Positions 15,788 to 17,074 of a stretch of DNA of 17,074 nt are shown here, piece by piece (position 1 is the stretch's first letter; each line of letters starts with the position of its first letter). Both the position numbers and the translations under genes were made by a program. The notes beneath the pieces were generated by a model. It saw nothing but the letters and a program-made list of their open reading frames with translations. It was not told where the DNA came from and made no database searches. The DNA is from an archaeon (GTDB taxonomy: Archaea; SpSt-1190; DYHY01). The stretch is taken from assembly GCA_037442745.1 (NCBI GenBank), contig JBBIPP010000011.1, forward strand, positions 45,742 to 62,815. The letters are read 5' to 3'.

Positions 15788-16114
15788 TTGGCAGTATTTG
15801 TGGCAATTGATTACCAAGGAATCTACAACATTCTTGATTATCTCGCATATCTTGGGGTTGTTGCCGGGGTTGTTGCAACATTAATTGCGTACAGGTTCGC
15901 AAAGAGGTTCGGCGGAAGCGTCGGGATAATGCTCAAGGCATTCATATTGGTTGTGCTTTTAGAGACGTTTGCTGCGCTAGTGCTGGCAGTCTTCCCAGTC
16001 GGCTCATCGAATTACGAGCTTGCCCGGGCGCTCTCAAGGGTTTTTCGGCTCCTAGCCCTTCTTGTTGCTGGACTTGGTGCTTTTCTTGCTAATAGGGATT
16101 TTGACAAAAAATAA
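15788..16114 (+). CDS. Small integral membrane protein (about 3 TM helices), unknown function
   Basis: Three hydrophobic segments separated by basic loops (YRFAKRFGG). Divergent from pilin 1. Start is TTG 15788 or GTG 15800. Confidence 0.75.
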   Translation: MAVFVAIDYQGIYNILDYLAYLGVVAGVVATLIAYRFAKRFGGSVGIMLKAFILVVLLETFAALVLAVFPVGSSNYELARALSRVFRLLALLVAGLGAFLANRDFDKK

Positions 16115-16198
16115 ATGCCGGCAGGTGCCTGAAAAAATAAGGTTTTAGGGGAAAGATAAAGGAATCCCCTTGTCTCTTTATCGGATATTTAGAAGCGT

Positions 16199-16702
16199 TT
16201 AGACCTCGACTTTCCCTGTTATTGTGCCCGAATCAAGATGGGTCACTCCGCTTGTTGTCTCGTACTGGATCTGGACTGTCAGTGTGTATGCTTTTCCGAC
16301 TCCTGCAGAACCGCAGTTATCGAGAGCTCCTCCATAGTCCCCTTCCATTGCCGAGAAGAGCTTTCCAGTCTCGTCAGCAGTCAGGTTTCCGAGAACTGCA
16401 ACTGTGTAATTCGAGAAGCAGGCAGTCGACTGACCTGTTTGTGTGAGGTTAATTGCTTGAAGGTAAATCGGCTCCCCAATCTTGTTTCCGAGTACGAAAG
16501 ATGCCCCGCTAGTCTCTATTTTCCAGTCTTTCACGTGGATTGATGCGAATCCCGTCGCCCTTTTGTTCGATACCCAGCTTGAGGGATTGAAAACCCCGAG
16601 GGCGAAAAGCGCCCCCCCGATAATTACAATAATCAGTATTGCCCAGCCGTATGTTATCAGATATTCCAGCGCGCCCTGCCCTTTTCTTGTGTTTTTTGCC
16701 AT
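16199..16702 (-). CDS. Archaeal type IV pilin-like protein 2 (class III signal peptide)
   Basis: MAKNTRKG/QGALEY with the same helix as pilin 1, 2 Cys, 3 sequons and a C-terminal THLDSGTITGK. Upstream TTAAATATAA (16780-71) and SD AGGAG. Confidence 0.9.
   Translation of the reverse strand: MAKNTRKGQGALEYLITYGWAILIIVIIGGALFALGVFNPSSWVSNKRATGFASIHVKDWKIETSGASFVLGNKIGEPIYLQAINLTQTGQSTACFSNYTVAVLGNLTADETGKLFSAMEGDYGGALDNCGSAGVGKAYTLTVQIQYETTSGVTHLDSGTITGKVEV
16584..16686. repeat. 103-bp perfect direct repeat, copy 2 (pilin 2 N-terminal coding region)
   Basis: Identical to 15590-15692. Confidence 0.95.
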
Positions 16703-16776
16703 TTTAGCATATTCTCCTTTTTCTTCTTCGCTATATTGTCACTCTTGCGAGTAAAACAAATTGGGAGAGGTTATAT

Positions 16777-17073
16777 TTAATTGTTTTTGGCCTTTTCAGA
16801 GGTGAGGGCGTTTTCAGGCAATTCTTTCAATCCCTTCGGGCAATTAGTTGATACAAACCCGAGACTATTGGCTCCAATAACTTTCGGAAGGGGTTTTTGC
16901 ACCCAGGCATCCCTGTTCTTCAAGTTCTGAAAAAATTCCTTGGGGCAACGAACCTAAGACATTTTGGAGGGGGGCAAATATTCGGCAGTGGTTTTGATGG
17001 GTGATTTTATATCTCTATAGGGACTGTTGAAACCCTTGACAAAGATTATCGAAAAATCCGCAATACGAACTTT
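16777..17073 (-). other. Possible 3' end or remnant of a gene entering from the right edge
   Basis: A minus frame reads KVRIADFSIIFVKG...SKMS*VRCPKEFF...AKNN*, with one TAG (16956-54) in 99 codons. No family recognised. Confidence 0.25.
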
Positions 17074-17074
17074 C

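Noticed and set aside
15590-16686. Mobile element or DGR bounded by the 103-bp repeats
   Set aside because: No transposase, integrase or reverse transcriptase, no adenine-specific mismatches, and the repeats are the pilin N-terminal coding segments themselves.
140-16754. Many overlapping ORFs (e.g. 2458-2955, 4810-5241, 8826-9545, 10075-10668, 11426-12013, 11880-12161, 12913-13782, 15521-15769, 16482-16754)
   Set aside because: They are antisense or alternate-frame shadows of well-supported genes, with Ser/Pro/Phe/Arg-skewed composition and no motifs.

Overview
Archaeal chromosomal window, probably from a DPANN-type lineage; this is inferred from the pilin signature KG/QGALEYLITYGWAIL and the TrmB type, not proven. 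It is mostly housekeeping: 5'-truncated ftsY with an in-frame 12-bp tandem repeat, srp54, a Vps29/YfcE-like metallophosphoesterase, the conserved rpl21e-rpoF-DUF655-rsmA cluster (with an inserted HD-domain gene and no pus10), TrmB, Nre, type 2 IPP isomerase, a divergent TBP, a YkgJ Cys-cluster protein, bacterial-type GpmI, a single-domain KaiC-like ATPase, and two class III signal peptide pilins flanking a small membrane protein gene. The ORF track misses several signals. (1) A box H/ACA-type guide RNA at 12269-12345 has its own TATA box, a full K-turn, an ACA box at the canonical 14-nt spacing, and a pocket complementary to the 23S rRNA peptidyl-transferase segment around U2504 (E. coli numbering). 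(2) A 103-bp perfectly identical segment is shared by two otherwise strongly diverged pilin genes next to the KaiC-like ATPase. (3) The YkgJ gene has no canonical start codon and overlaps the TBP 3' end. (4) Several intergenic stretches look like decaying genes. All calls are by eye; no searches were run.
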